A stretch of 63,032 bases of DNA, filler included, from Reticulomyxa filosa (GCA_000512085.1; 21 parts of 21 records of this genome joined end to end with filler, not necessarily neighbours in it); one strand, 5' to 3'. Shown: positions 1 through 13,095, numbered from the whole stretch's first letter. Made by a program: numbers and translations. The notes: generated from the letters alone by a model not told the origin.

Positions 1-10
1 TTTTTTGTTT

Positions 11-45
<35 letters not shown>

Positions 46-148
46 AATGAACGAAGTAGAGGGAAAGAGAATAAAGACAAGGAAGGAGAGGGGGAAAAAA
101 AAAAAGAGTTGTTTTTGCTTTGGTTTTGTGCACAAAACATTTGTAAAG

Positions 149-1527
149 GGATATAGTCCTCGAAATTTGTTGAGACGAGAATCGACATTAGCAAACAAAC
201 GCAAGCGATATCGCGACTTGATTGAGCTGTATTACAATAACAAAACACAAGAACACAGAAGCAATCCGGAAAATAAAATAATTCATCAAATTGGACTTGA
301 CGTCCCAAGAACGTTGCCTATCTTGAAATATTTTCAAATTGATAATATCAAGAAAGTTAAGTTTTTTTTTTACTTGGATTTTTTTTTTTTTTTTGCATAG
401 AAACAAAATAAACATACAAAAATAGCTTTTGACAAGGGCACTTTACATCTGGTCACATCATCATACAGCCACTGGCTATGTTCAAGGAATCAATGATTTG
501 ATCACACCTTTTGTTTATGTGTTTTTAGATGAATTATTAAGTTGAGACAAAAGATTGATACATAAAAAGGTTACATTTTATCACTCTTTGTACCGTCGGG
601 TGTCTTTTTGGCAAAAAAAAAAAAAAGGGACCAAATTTAATGTGAACATTGAGGACAGTCAATCAATGAAATTGATTGCATCATTAAAAGAAGAAGAATT
701 GTTGGATGTTGAGGCAGATTCGTATTGGTGCTTGGATGAGTTTTTAGAAAGTTTGCAAATGAATTATACACATGACCAACCTGGCATTCAACGGATGATG
801 GAAAAATTTCAATGCTTAGTTGAAGAGTGTGATACAACTTTCATCAATGGCGTACAAACCATTTCACAAACACAAGGTTTTGTCTTATTTGGATTTGCAT
901 GTTTTATTTCTTTTTTTTTTGCTTGTGCATAATCGAGCAACGAAAACAAACAAAAATCAAATAAGAGAAGCAGCAAGAGGGACAAGGGGGGTGAATTGGC
1001 ACTTTGTAGAACGCAAGCTAGCAGACCATCTAAAAGTCGAGGGTGTTGAATTCTTCCAATTTTCGTTCAGATGGATGAATTGTTTTTTGATGCGAGAATT
1101 TACCTTGCAACAAATTATTTATATGTGGGATACGTATCTTGCAGAATATCATTTAAGCAAAGACAATGTAGAACAATTTCATGTGTTTGTATGCGTCGCG
1201 TTGTTGTTGCACTTTAAAAAAGAACTTATTGTTAAGATTTCTTATCACTGCCCTGATTGTTCATTTATTTTTTAATACATGTTTATTTCTTTCTACTTTC
1301 TACTCTATTTATTTTAATTATCTGTCTGTGTGGACGGGGGGGACAATTTTTATGAACGCTGGAGTTAGAATAAGGATTTTGCGGATCTAATGCTGTTCGT
1401 GCAAGATTTACCAACAAAAGACTGGGGAGAGATGCAAATATCTATTCTTATGGCAGAAGCGCAAGAAAAGCGTCTGCAGTGGTCTATGAGTGCCAGAGTA
1501 AGCAAGAAGGAAATCAACACACAATAA
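149..1527 (+). CDS. TBC-domain Rab GTPase-activating protein (TBC1D22/Gyp1-like), multi-exon, 5' partial
   Basis: Exons encode IGLDVPRT (IxxDxxR arginine finger), GYVQGINDLITPF (glutamine finger), VEADSYWCL, QFSFRWMNCFLMREF..MWDTYLAE and FHVFVCVALL. The last exon (VQDLPTKDW...) ends TAA at 1525-1527. Introns are GT-AG. Confidence 0.9.
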
Positions 1528-2173
1528 ACCATGTGTATACTTCAGGTTTGTTCATCACTAATTTATGTTGAATATTTGCTTTTCGTTGATGTTTTGTGAT
1601 GTTAATGTGTTATAGCTTGTGCGAATGTGACTTTAGATGTAACTATGAATCATGTTCTTAAATTTTTTCTTTGCCATCCTGTTACAAAAACCCATAAATG
1701 GCCTCCTTTTTTTTATACATAAAATTGGAGTTTTATTTTTTCTGCTCTCCTTTTCCCTCTTTACATGTGAATTACGAAATGTCAAAGAAGCACAAAGTGT
1801 TTGTTCACTTTTTTATCTAATGGACTATTCTACATCCCAGAGTCACACATGCTTTTGTTTTTGGTGCAATTTTGAAGACTCCAGCAATGCTTGATGCAAC
1901 ACTATCCAAAACAACACCAAAATTGGTGGCAAAGTATAGCATTGGCAAGATGAAGCAACGAAAAATAAGAGTTTGAAAACACCTAGATCAACCAAAATAC
2001 AAAAGAGATTAGACAAAACTCAACAAAACAAAATAAAAAAAAGTATAAGGGAAGCAAAAGCTCCTTACTTTTGGGAGGGAAAAAAAAGAAATGGATTAAT
2101 CACACTTATTGAGAGAACAACCGCAATAAAAAAAAACCCATAAGGAGAGCAAGAGAAAGACTTTGCTATGGGT

Positions 2174-3953
2174 TCATTCCTTCTCGCTACCAGTGCTATA
2201 GGCGGCGATACTTTCTTCTTCAGATAAGTCTGAAGCAATCAAATCGGTGTCATTTGGTTTTTCCATATACTTTAACAATAATTGTTTACATTTTTCGTCT
2301 GACGTCAAGTCAATGGCTTTTTTATTGTCTTGTGTGATATCATTAGGATCTGCTCGTTTGCGTAACAAGTATTCAATAATAGTATAATCATTTTTCAAAG
2401 CAGCAATATGTAATGGCGCAAATCCATCTAACCCACTCAAGTCCACTCTTGCGCCGCTATCAACCAAATATTGAATAATTTGCAAATCTCCTCGATCGAC
2501 GGCTTTATGCAATGGGGTGTGGCCATTTTGTTGTCTAAGATTTACATCCTTGTCAGTTTTTGTTTTTTAAAAAAATCATGAAGGTAGTTTGATGAATAAA
2601 CATAGCAATAAATTAAATCAATGAATAAATAAATATAACTTGTGGTCTATTCTTAACCAACACTTGTATTGTCTCGAGTGACGCATGCGAAACAGCATAA
2701 TGCAACTGCGTGCTCCTTGGCTCCATTTCAACTTGAGAAAGACGCTTTCGACCGGATTTTTTGCGTGCATGCAATGGCATACCTTTTTGTACCGACGACT
2801 GACGACTCGGATTGGCTCCTTGTCCTTGCTCGACGTTTTCTTTCTCATCTTCATGTTTTTGGTTGGATCACTATCAGTTGTATTTGCATTTGCGTTTGTG
2901 TTTATGTTTTCTTTTCTTTTCTTTTTTTTTGCATCAATTCAGATATTCTTCTTTGACGCTCTTCTCGTTCTTTTTTTCGCAAAGCATGATATTTCCTTTC
3001 GTTTAAAGGGCCACTCACTTCTTCTTCTTCCTCGCCAGAACCTATAATCTCTTCCATTTCCTCTTTTTCATTTTCAAAATCAAATAATTTTTGCAAGATA
3101 TCTGTCTCATTCAATACCACCGTCAGACGAACAGCATCATGACCTTTTTTTGTTCGCAATGTTGGATCTGCGCCTTTTTTCAGTAGTAAATCCACAATAT
3201 CCGTATTTTTGGATTTCCTGTATGCTGCAATTGCCAAGTGCAAGGGGGTGTCATTATTCTATACCATAATCATGCACAACGTATACCACGTTAATTTTTT
3301 TTTTTTTTTAACACAAGTTTTTATTTATCTTTTCTGTTGTTGTCCACTTACTCATCCAACTTAATTTTTTTAAACAAAACAAACAAAAAGATCTAAATGA
3401 CAATATACAAACAAGAGGTACAGAGAGTAAATATAATGTGAATAAAAAGTTTATGTGTGTGGTCATATATGTGAAAGCAGTATCTACACAAAAGCATAAC
3501 GAAATCAGGTCTATTTAAAACATTCAAAGCACCATAGTCAAATAAGAGCTTTACCACTTCTGCACTGTCTCCCATGCAAGCCGAATGAAGATAATTTCTT
3601 CCGTGCTTTATTTATTTATTTTTGTTGTTGATTGTTTAGCAATTTCATTTTCTCCTTTATTTCAATAGAAAGAAGGAGGGGACAGAACAACAGTGCACGC
3701 AAAAAAAAAAAAAAAAACAAACAACAAAAAACAAAGTGATGAAAACTTCGTTGACTCTTTCCCAATCAATTTGATATCCAAAGGAAAGCCAGAGTTCCAT
3801 GGTATGAACAGTTTTATTTTTGATCCACAAATCGAAGTCAATTTTGCTGCAATAAGTTTTATTCACATACTTGCGTATCCAGTAGACAGAAGGCAGCAAA
3901 CATACGCTCGCAATAATTATCCATATACACAACATCTTTAAAAATGCATCGAC
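2174..3953 (-). CDS. Ankyrin-repeat protein with a hydrophobic N-terminal segment, multi-exon, probably 5' partial
   Basis: Ankyrin motifs YLHSACMGDSAEVVKLLFDYGA, TPLHLAIAA..IVDLLLKKGADP, TQLHYAVSH, TPLHKAVDRGDLQIIQYLVDSGA and APLHIAALKNDYTIIEYLLRKRADPN across several exons. One frameshift in an A-run near 2920. Confidence 0.85.
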
Positions 3954-4597
3954 CTTTTTTTTTTTTTTTTTTGGATTATATACATACGTATATACATATT
4001 TACATATATGATATATACATCATCATACATAAAATTTATACATGTATGTATATACAAAAATATTGTATATATAACATAGATATTTATGTCCCCCTCCCTC
4101 CCTTCCTTATTTCTTATTAAAAAAAAACTTAANNNNNNNNNNNNNNNNNNNNNNNNNNNNNNNNNNNNNNNNNNNNTTAATTAATTAANNNNNNNNNNNN
4201 NNNNNNNNNNNNNNNNNNNNNNNNNNNNNNNNCCTTAAAAAAAAAACTTTTACTTGGAGTCAACAAGAAATTTTTTTTGTTTTTAATCAAAATTATAGGA
4301 AATGGGTAATTTGAATGCACAAGAATGTATAATTAAATATAAATTATTTTTTAAAAAAACTCATTCCAAATAATCACTAGCAATAGTTTACGAATCATTC
4401 TTTGTTCAATGTTTTTTCATTAATTTTTTTTTTTTATTGCAAAGAGTTCTCTTCAAAAATTTTTTTTTTTTTTGCAAATATGCAATTAGTCCATAAATAC
4501 ATTTAATAATTATTTTTATTGCAATTTGATAAACAATAAAATAAAATAAAATAGATAATTTTCTGTTATCAGAAATGTTTTTTCTTTAAAATATAAT

Positions 4598-4950
4598 TCA
4601 GTAAGGAAAAATGTTCGGATACTTTTCTTTGTCAGTCAAAATGTATGAAAAAACTAATTTTTGATTTATTTGTATTTCAAGGTATATTGCAAAATCATAC
4701 AATGGACAGGGTAGTGTGTTTTCAAATTCAGTCCATTTGTTTTCTCGAATTGAATACTTATACACTGATTTTATAACACCATTACCACATCCACCAAAGA
4801 ATAATATTGCATTATTAATACACACATATGCATAATGATAGGATTGTGCAATACCTTTACAAACAGGTAGTTTATGAAATTGAAAAATATTATTATTTTC
4901 ATCATATTCAATTGATAATCATGTCGTTCTACAAAAACAACAGCATTTGA
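4598..4950 (-). pseudogene. Degenerate fragment of the kelch-like beta-propeller family
   Basis: ILFFGGCGNGVIKSVYKYSIRENKWTEFENTLPCPL closely matches the 7010-7606 and 57625-58822 genes, but is truncated on both sides. Confidence 0.75.
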
Positions 4951-5453
4951 TTATCTTAAGATGAAATTAAAGTGTCTTTTTATCTCATTTATTAAATCTC
5001 TAAATAAGCATTTGCAATATATTTTAAATACTTATTATTTGTAATTTTTTTTCACACATTTCTGACGTAGAAATGTCTCAATATTTTTTTTCTCGTTGGG
5101 CCAAACTTTTGCACAAGCAAAAAAAAAAAAGTTAATTTTGTGACATCTTTCACATCACAAGTTGTGTTAGGCTTTCAAAAAAAGTCATAACGAACTCAAA
5201 AGGCCACCAAATAAAATATTTTTTTTTTTAAAAAAAATGCTCCTCTTCAAGCACTGCTCCATACACAAGAAATCACACAAACAACATTGCCCGTCAAATA
5301 CACATATTAAAAAGTGTGTTTAATTTATTTTAAAAAAATTATGGCATTAAAATCCGTTGGTACTCTACTGTTCACTTACATGGACAGTGATTTTTTTCCC
5401 TTCCAAGTGCACAAATGTGTCAAATCCAGGCCTTTAGTCTTCATCATTATAGC

Positions 5454-5640
5454 ACATCAATATAATGAGGTATTTATAGGTTTAAATGGTTCAAAATACA
5501 TTGATATCTTTTTTTCTTTTCCATCATCTATCATTAAACCATTTTTAGGTACTTCTCTTGCACTTGTTATTGTTGATAATACTGATAAGCGATTTACTAG
5601 CACTTATTTAGTAACAACTTTCGTATTACATTTGGTACTT
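5454..5640 (-). pseudogene. eRF1 (eukaryotic release factor 1) N-domain relic
   Basis: Manual minus-strand translation gives [47 protein letters not shown]. This matches eRF1 VNRLSVL.AITS...VPPNGL...GKEKK...[14 protein letters not shown], with internal deletions and a stop in the YxC motif. Not in the ORF track. Confidence 0.85.
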
Positions 5641-6539
5641 CTTTTTTTTTTTTTTTAAAAAAAAAGTTTCTAAATCGTGTGATTGTTATGAAGGAATTGT
5701 ACAATTCTAAATATAATAATGCTCTGAAAATTGATTGTAAACAAGCAATATATATACATATATAGATAATAATAAAATGTCTTTATTATCTTTTGGATCT
5801 GATTGGAAAGGAGGAAATAGACATACATTGGTAATAAAATATGTAAGTATTTGAGGTGATATATCAAACAAATCAAGCAATTACTATCAAAATCCAAAAA
5901 ATAAACAATGAAATATAGAGTTGAATTAATTGATATAAAGAAAGAATTATTACAAATTTCAGAAAATTATTTGAACATGAAATTATATGCAATAAGATAG
6001 TCAATCATTTTTGACCAAAGTAATTGCAAATTCTAAATTTTATGAAAATACATACAAATGTAATGATTAATTTGTGGGCATTGAGACAATGAAACTATGT
6101 TGGAAAACAATATGAAGATATGAATAAAGCACTGATTGCAGGAGAGAATTATCTAAAAAAACAATTTCTAACAACTGTTAAAGTAAAAACAACTCAAAAA
6201 ATTAATAAAATATCATATATCAAAGATAATTTCATCAAAATTTGAAAATAATTGGAAGAATATAAAAAAAAACAAGATTGATCACGATTGTAATATGTAT
6301 TTTAAAGGAAAATATAAATATAAATAATCATTTAAATACATTATCAATTAGGACACAATTTATGTTTGTGGATGAGTATATGTGAATAAAGCTTTTTGAT
6401 TTATCATTTTTTTTTTTCTCAATTAAAAACAACAAAGCAAAATAAAACAAATCTTTCAATGCTTGCATTCAATCAAATCAAACAAATTTAATATTAATTT
6501 ACTTTTTTTTTTCAAAGAAAAGCATATTTCTTATTTGAC

Positions 6540-6752
6540 AAAACAGTTAATTATCTCCAAATACGAAATTCAAATCATGTGTAAGTAACATCCTTTATAT
6601 TCTCTTTCTTTTTCAATCCAATAAACTTAAGACAGCTTATTCCATCATCTCTTTTGATCATAAACAATTCATTCTTATTTGATTGAATATCCCAAAAACG
6701 AATTGTATTATCAAATGATTCAGAACATATCACATTTGAATTATCAATACTG
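6540..6752 (-). pseudogene. C-terminal fragment of the WD40 family
   Basis: Minus strand reads NSNVICSESFDNTIRFWDIQSNKNE, matching 55907-56125 (ICSGSSDNTIRFWDIRSNKDE). No upstream repeats are present. Confidence 0.7.
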
Positions 6753-7009
6753 TTTTTTTACGCAAAAGTAGATTATTTATTAAACAATATTTTATATTTC
6801 ATTTATTTAGAAACTTTTTGTGTTTGCTTTGTTATTGTATGTTCAATAAGTATCAGTTGATTTTTGCATAAAAAAAAAAAAAAAAAGGGAATTATTTTCC
6901 ATTTAATTATTCGTTCAGTAAAAACAAAGTTTTTCAAAAAAATGAATTAAAAAATTTATTATTTGTTATTTCATTAATTTGAAATAATTCTAATCCTTCA
7001 AAATTTCTT

Positions 7010-7606
7010 TCATCTACTGTATTTAAAAATAATGTTATCAAAATCATCGATCCATCCTAATTTTATCTTTACAATTCGAACCCAATGTTCAATCACAAAT
7101 GTTATTTCTTTTTTAGACTATTCATCACATTCAACTTCATTTATTTGTGTTTCATATCAAAATAAAATATAAATCAATAAATCATTACCAACTGTGAAAG
7201 ATCCCATACACGCACTTTCGTTTTCATGTGGGTTGATACTGTTGTAGTTTTATTAGCTCTTCCTCCAATAATGTGTATATCATTGTCTTCTTCACTAAAT
7301 ATTGCAACACAATTTCTTAATGGACTGGGTAAAGTGTTTTCAAATGTCATCCATTTATTTTCTCGAATTGAATACTCGTGCACTGATTTTGAAAAATCAT
7401 TTCGACTATATCCACCAAAGAACAAGATGATATCATTGATACACACATATGCATATCCATTGAATGGTGCAATACTCTCACAAACAGATAGTTGATGAAA
7501 TTGAAAAATGTTATTATCTTCATCATATTCTATTGATAATCCTGTATTAAATTTAAACAACAGCATTTGATAATTTTGTTTATTTTTTTGATTTGTTTTC
7601 ATCATT
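7010..7606 (-). CDS. Kelch-like repeat protein, 3' part with spliced terminal exon
   Basis: FFGG..KSVHEYSIRENKW and IHIIGG kelch motifs. After the intron (CAGTTG|GTAATG), the final exon reads SKKEITFVIEHWVRIVKIKLGWIDDFDNIIFKYSR*. Confidence 0.75.
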
Positions 7607-7729
7607 NNNNNNNNNNNNNNNNNNNNNNNNNNNNNNNNNNNNNNNNNNNNTTAATTAATTAANNNNNNNNNNNNNNNNNNNNNNNNNNNNNNNNNNNNNN
7701 NNNNNNGAAAAAAAAAAAAGATACATGAA

Positions 7730-8890
7730 TTGTTATTTGTGCCAAAGAAGACACCATTTCAGCAGACGATGAAAGAGAAGAACATTAAACTCTTCGTTCC
7801 AAGAGTTTTTATTGTGAATGATTGCAAGGATCTTTCCACTGGATATCTGTCGTTCATTCGTTGTTTAGAGGATATCGAATGTTTGCCATTGAACCTTAGT
7901 AGAGAATCATTGCAGCAAAACAATGTATTGAATATCATCCAAAAAAATGTGGTAAATAAGTGTTTGGAGCTATTCGGCGAAATTGCGGAAAATAAAGCCG
8001 ACTTCATTAATTCCCAGTTTGATAATCTTGTGGAACTGCTCGTAGAATACTTTGAAGACTCAAAGAATCGCAATAAATTAGCCGATTTGCTGAAATATCG
8101 CTCGATCAAATTTAGTGAAGAACTCAAGTCGCTCAAAGAATGTGTTAGTGGAGAAAATCAAAAGAACCTCTGCTGCATTACAGGAGAATCTCGGTTTTTG
8201 GAATCGATGATAGACTTTAATGTCTTATTTTTAGTGGACTATATCGACGGATCCGCTATCCAACAATTACTAGAATATGATGGAAAGAAATTTGTGTGCA
8301 CCAAAGTAGGTTTTGATTTACCCTTAACCGAAGGAGAAAAAAAAGTGAGTTTTTTTTTAAAAGTATACTTATTTAAAAAAAAAAACTAAAAACATTACGT
8401 ATAATTGGTTTTTGTGTGTTTTTATAGAAAGTGGCTTATGAATCTCTGACGAAAAAAATGAAAGAGATCCTGGGTCACAAGGTGGAAAAAGTCATTGTCG
8501 TCTATCGAATGGTTTATTTGCCATGTTCTTTGGCTACGAGGAAATATGGATGGTCGGCGAATATTGAAAGAATTATTAAGGCTCAAGACTTAATAGATAA
8601 CTCGATGACGCAATACGTGCAGTCGAAGAAAACAATTGAAGAAAAATTTGCAGCAGACCAATTCGATAAAACAATTAAAGATATGGTGTGGCTGTTATTC
8701 GAAACAGCCTTGTTGACCAGTGGATTTAGCTTGGATGAACCAGTAAAATTTGCTTGCTGTATCCATAAATTAATTAAATTATTTTTGACGATGATGAGCC
8801 TCAAGAAAAAGATACCGCAAAAGAGGCACCAGAAGAACAAGCAACAGACAAATCAGACGTTGCAGCACAAAACGCTTACTTGGAAAAAAA
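7730..8890 (+). pseudogene. HSP90: Highly divergent cytosolic Hsp90 (middle and C-terminal domains): pseudogene or divergent paralog
   Basis: NIKLFVPRVFI, LPLNLSRESLQQN, EDSKNRNKLADLLKY, ILGHKVEKV, YGWSANIERIIKAQ and VWLLFETALLTSGFSLDEP. Intron at about 8345-8427, several deletions, a frameshift near 8787 and no MEEVD terminus. Confidence 0.85.
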
Positions 8891-9239
8891 CATGTCATTT
8901 GAAGTTTAATTTTGTTGTGAGTGGAGGAAAGAAATTGTCAGGATTCTTTTTCCCAAAACTTTGTTTTTTAAATTTTAAATTTATTTTAAATTTTATATTT
9001 CTGAAATATAACTTCCAACACATTCAGCATTATCATCAAGTCGCAAATTATGTTCTGAAAATACTTTTTNNNNNNNNNNNNNNNNNNNNNNNNNNNNNNN
9101 NNNNNNNNNNNNNTTAATTAATTAANNNNNNNNNNNNNNNNNNNNNNNNNNNNNNNNNNNNNNNNNNNNACAATAGCCCAAAACAACTCTTTTTTTTTTT
9201 TTTTTTTTTTTTTGGAGTTAAAAAAAAAAAAAAAAATTT

Positions 9240-9755
9240 CTTTCTTGCCCCCTCCCCTCTTGAACTGTTGTCGCACTGACTCCCAATGTTATACGTCTTG
9301 TTCGTGGTCTTGTCAATGCAGTCAACTTTATCATATTTGGCCTGACATATGCTCCAATCCATTCGCAATCGCACATTGTCATTGTGATTGAACACGTTGA
9401 TCAAACAGTAGCAACATTGGTCCGCCGCGTCGTAGTAGTTGTTTATTGCGCTCTCTCTTTGCAATGCCGACAATAATACAAACAACGCGATCGCGAGGAA
9501 TCGCGCAATATTCCATATTGTATACAATGACTGCTGTCGCAAATGCTGCTCACTCATCACTCTTGTCTCTCCACTCTCCGCAACCATCGGCTCTCTCCTT
9601 TGGTTTGACGGGCATACTTGCTTTTGTAACTCTATTTTTCCAAACAGTGCCACTTCCAGCACGTCGCTTTTATTGCAACCACACTCCTTGGCTGGCTCTT
9701 GTGTAATTACACTCTCAAAACTACCCGTCAATCGCTCTCTATTGTCTCGTGACAT
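9240..9755 (-). CDS. Hypothetical protein with one transmembrane segment and a Cys-rich region, 3' partial
   Basis: ATG-initiated ORF of coding-like composition with hydrophobic ARFLAIALFVLLSAL followed by CCYC..C..C..C. Confidence 0.45.
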
Positions 9756-10401
9756 GTTTTATTACTTTATTATAAGTTATTAAAAAAACTCTTCCAAAGA
9801 AAGGTTTTTCATCGGCTTCCCTTTTGTTTTTTTGTAAAATAACGTGCACATAAAAAGATTTCTCAATTCAGTAATTAAAATCGTGTGGAAAAAATATTTA
9901 AACACTACATGTATCATTGCAGTCATACAAAGTAATGATCGGCATTGGAAAAAAAAAAAGACAAAGGTCTCAAGGTGGTTGTGTAAACTTTTGATTATGT
10001 AGATATATAAAAAAAATAGTTTCTACGTTGTATAGTTGGGACACTTATATTTCTTTTGGCTTGGTTATACTCTGTGGAAATCATTCTTTTTTGCCTGTCA
10101 TACGGATTAAAAGATAAGATTTAAAAAATTTGTAAATCTTGAGTTCTCATGAATAAATTGTAAACGTTTGCAAGGGTAGTTTTAGAAAGTTTTTTGCAAA
10201 ATTTTGTAAATGATGGTTTCACAATTGGCACTATCTCCGATTTGCTCTACCCCATAGAAGCATCTAGAGAGTTAATTAAGTGTGGTCCTTTTTGTAATTG
10301 AAATACAATATCTCTAGTGAAGCTAAAAATGGAACAATGAAGTGGAAATAGTTCCACATAACTGTAATGAACAAAGTCGCACAGCATATTTAGAATAAAA
10401 A

Positions 10402-13095
10402 CTAAAAGAACGGTATTTGTGCAGTATAAGATTTAGAAAATTTTTTCTTATATGCATCTACGAGAGTATCTCCTTTCGAACCTCCAATATTTCTGAGAAC
10501 TTCCTCAGAAACCAAGTTTGTCAATTGATCTGAGCCCTTTTCTGAATTAATGTCTAATTTTTCGCATCTGCCGTTTGTGGCACAAGCTATTTTTCTAAAA
10601 CTTTGTTCTGCTCGTTCACAAATAAAAAATGCATGAACTGGAATATTAAAATCCCTCAATTGTCGCAACTCATCTTTAAAATATGTCAGACGCGAAAATA
10701 ATTTTGTATTTTTCCAGTAATTTTCTCCATTGTAAGGCCAGATCGATGTTTCGGAATTTGTTCCGTGTCTACTGTTTCTTCTCTTTTCTTCCACTTCCCT
10801 TTGGGTATTTGGTGGTGCATCACCAATCAAAATGACTTGAGAAACATCATATGTTTTAAGTTCTCTGTTGACGTAAGCTAAGACAACCTCAATTGCCTCA
10901 TTTCCATCCCCATAGCGTGGCTGTACTTTTTCCATAAAGCTACGTAGACCCTCAGGTTTGGATTCCCAAGGAGAAATCTGCAAGAGCATATCCTCTGGCG
11001 CATTGTAATTTCGATAAACAACAAATTGCATTTCAAAGTTGTTGGGAGAGTTATTTTCCTCCAAAATGGATTGATACGCTCAAACATAGTGCTTACAGCA
11101 TGTTTGCTTTTTCGTAGTAAGTGAGACATAGATCCAGTTGCATCCATAAGAACCATTGTACGTACACATTTTTTTTCGTCCGTCCCCCGATTTTGTTCAC
11201 ATAACATTTCCTTTACCGTAATGATATCGCTGTCCTTCACCGCTTTGATCAATGCCTCACTCGCTTTGTGCTGTATTGCAGCATCTGCCACATATTTCTT
11301 GCTATCTTCATATTGTGTACTGAAAAAACGGTTTCGACTACTGTTGAGCAGGGGATAAAAACTCCCTTCTTTTCGTGCTTTTTCAATGTCATTTTTGGTA
11401 ATCAAAAATCTTTCCAGTGCTTTTTCACACAAAACCAAACTATAAGAGCCACAACCCCCTTGCCTAGCAGTACGTCCTTTAATTTGCGTTTCTTCGGATA
11501 ATTCTTCCGAAAGAAAGGCTTGAATCACATGTGGCCACCATTAGGGTAACAATTTGGTCATGACAGGCAAAGTCAGTTCCTCTTCCAAATGATTTGGTGA
11601 ATAGTCCAATTTGACCAGAGGTAGTGGCACGTTTTATCAAAGACTCTTTTTCTGCAAAAGAATTCTCTTCTGTCATTACAATTGCAGCGCTCTTCATTGG
11701 TGCAAAGTTAACGGATTCGTAAAATTCTTTTAATGATTTTATGGAATCAAAGAATACCAAAACAGCTCGCTTTGTCCCCTCCGTTCTTCCAACAAGTTTG
11801 TAGTCAATTTCTGTTTTCAATGCATTAAAGTAGATGCTTTCATCCTCAATGATAATATCATTTTTTTCTGCGAAGGCAAGCTTATGCTCGCCAAACAAAG
11901 ACGGTATATATGTATATTTGGACACATGATAATCTTCTTTCACCACATTTTTTTCAATTTTGCTTAATGTCGTCAGCGTTCCACTTACCCCCATGATGCA
12001 GCAAAACTTTTTGGGGACCTCTGCATAAGAGAAATTGCCAATTTGAAAGGAAATAAAGACATTTTGTTTAAAGCTTTCGTCACTAATCTTAGCTTGTTCG
12101 TGTTCGTGATAGTATGCAAACAAAGTCTTGTATCCATAGCGGACATTGTAAGAAATACTGTCTTGGTCTTTGTATCCAATTTTGTCATTACTGACTTGAT
12201 AACTGTGAGACGCAAATGTGTATACATCCCTCAACATATCTTTAATGGCTTCGTCCAACAATGAGTCCCATCCTTTCAATATGTTACAACAGGCCCTGTA
12301 TACAGGTGATCCCCTCACCTTGTTCAATGTCAAACGAGGTTCTCGATTGCTCCAAATGAAATCAATCAATTGAGTAATGATGTCATGACGCAATGTCGCG
12401 GCCGGAGAATAGAAACTACCATAAAATTCTTTACTAAAAAATATATCGACCTCATCGATCAACAGTATTTTCGCACAAGTAGTACGAGCTGTTTCATTGA
12501 AAAATGTTTGCTCTTCTTTTCTGTCTTCTCCTGAAAGCAGTAAGTGTTCCACGAGTTTGCGTACATCTCCTTCGTCATTGATAAGTCTCTCACAAAGTTG
12601 GTTAAAGGTGCCATAATGAATATGATCGGTTACTCCAAACGCATTAAATAACGGTTCAAAGCTTTTCAAATCTCTGCAGCTTAAGTATTCACTGTACGAA
12701 GCACAACTCACATCAAAGCCAAACAATGCCAATGCACATGCAGTAACGGCCAAGATAATCGACTTTCCTTCTCCAGTTCCAATTTGAACAAAGTTGTTGA
12801 TTAGTGCAGTTTTGCTTTCTCCAGTCCCAATAAAGTTGTTGATTAGTCCAGGTTTGCCTTCGTCAATGCCCAGCATACAAAAGATTGCAATAACCTGGGC
12901 AGCATGTGGCTTCAATAAATAAGACTCTTTGTCGTTCACACCATTTGCATCGTGATAATATTGTGAATTTTGAAGTGCATAATGCAAAGATATGTGCTAA
13001 TAGACTCGGCACGCTGTCTCGGATTGTTGCGTTCCATGTGATATTGTCTGGATTTTGTTTGCTTCTGCGGTAATTCTTTTTGACATTGCTTGTAA
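10402..13095 (-). pseudogene. SecA-DEAD-like SF2 helicase plus C-terminal VWA domain, intronless, frameshifted
   Basis: PHAAQV (Q motif), QIGTGEGKS (Walker A), LLIDEVD, GVSGT, FGRGTDF, HVIQAF..QIKGRTARQG. Then a VWA domain with VLMDATGSM (MIDAS), FVVYRNY, GNEAIE and VILIGDAPP. Frame breaks near 12985, 11540 and 11068. Confidence 0.8.
12766..12861 (-). repeat. In-frame tandem duplication (about 42-48 bp unit) of the Walker A-coding segment
   Basis: Protein reads GLINNF--IGTGESKT / ALINNFVQIGTGEGKS. DNA AAAGTTGTTGATTAGT occurs twice, 42 bp apart. Confidence 0.85.

Noticed and set aside
832-1009. Possible non-canonical AT-AG intron in the TBC gene
   Set aside because: A canonical GT donor near 878 gives an in-frame join with a short insertion.
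4133-4232. Recurrent TTAATTAATTAA motif as a biological repeat, CRISPR array or piggyBac site
   Set aside because: It is always embedded in exactly 44 N on each side, so it is an artificial concatenation linker. No CRISPR array was seen anywhere in the window.
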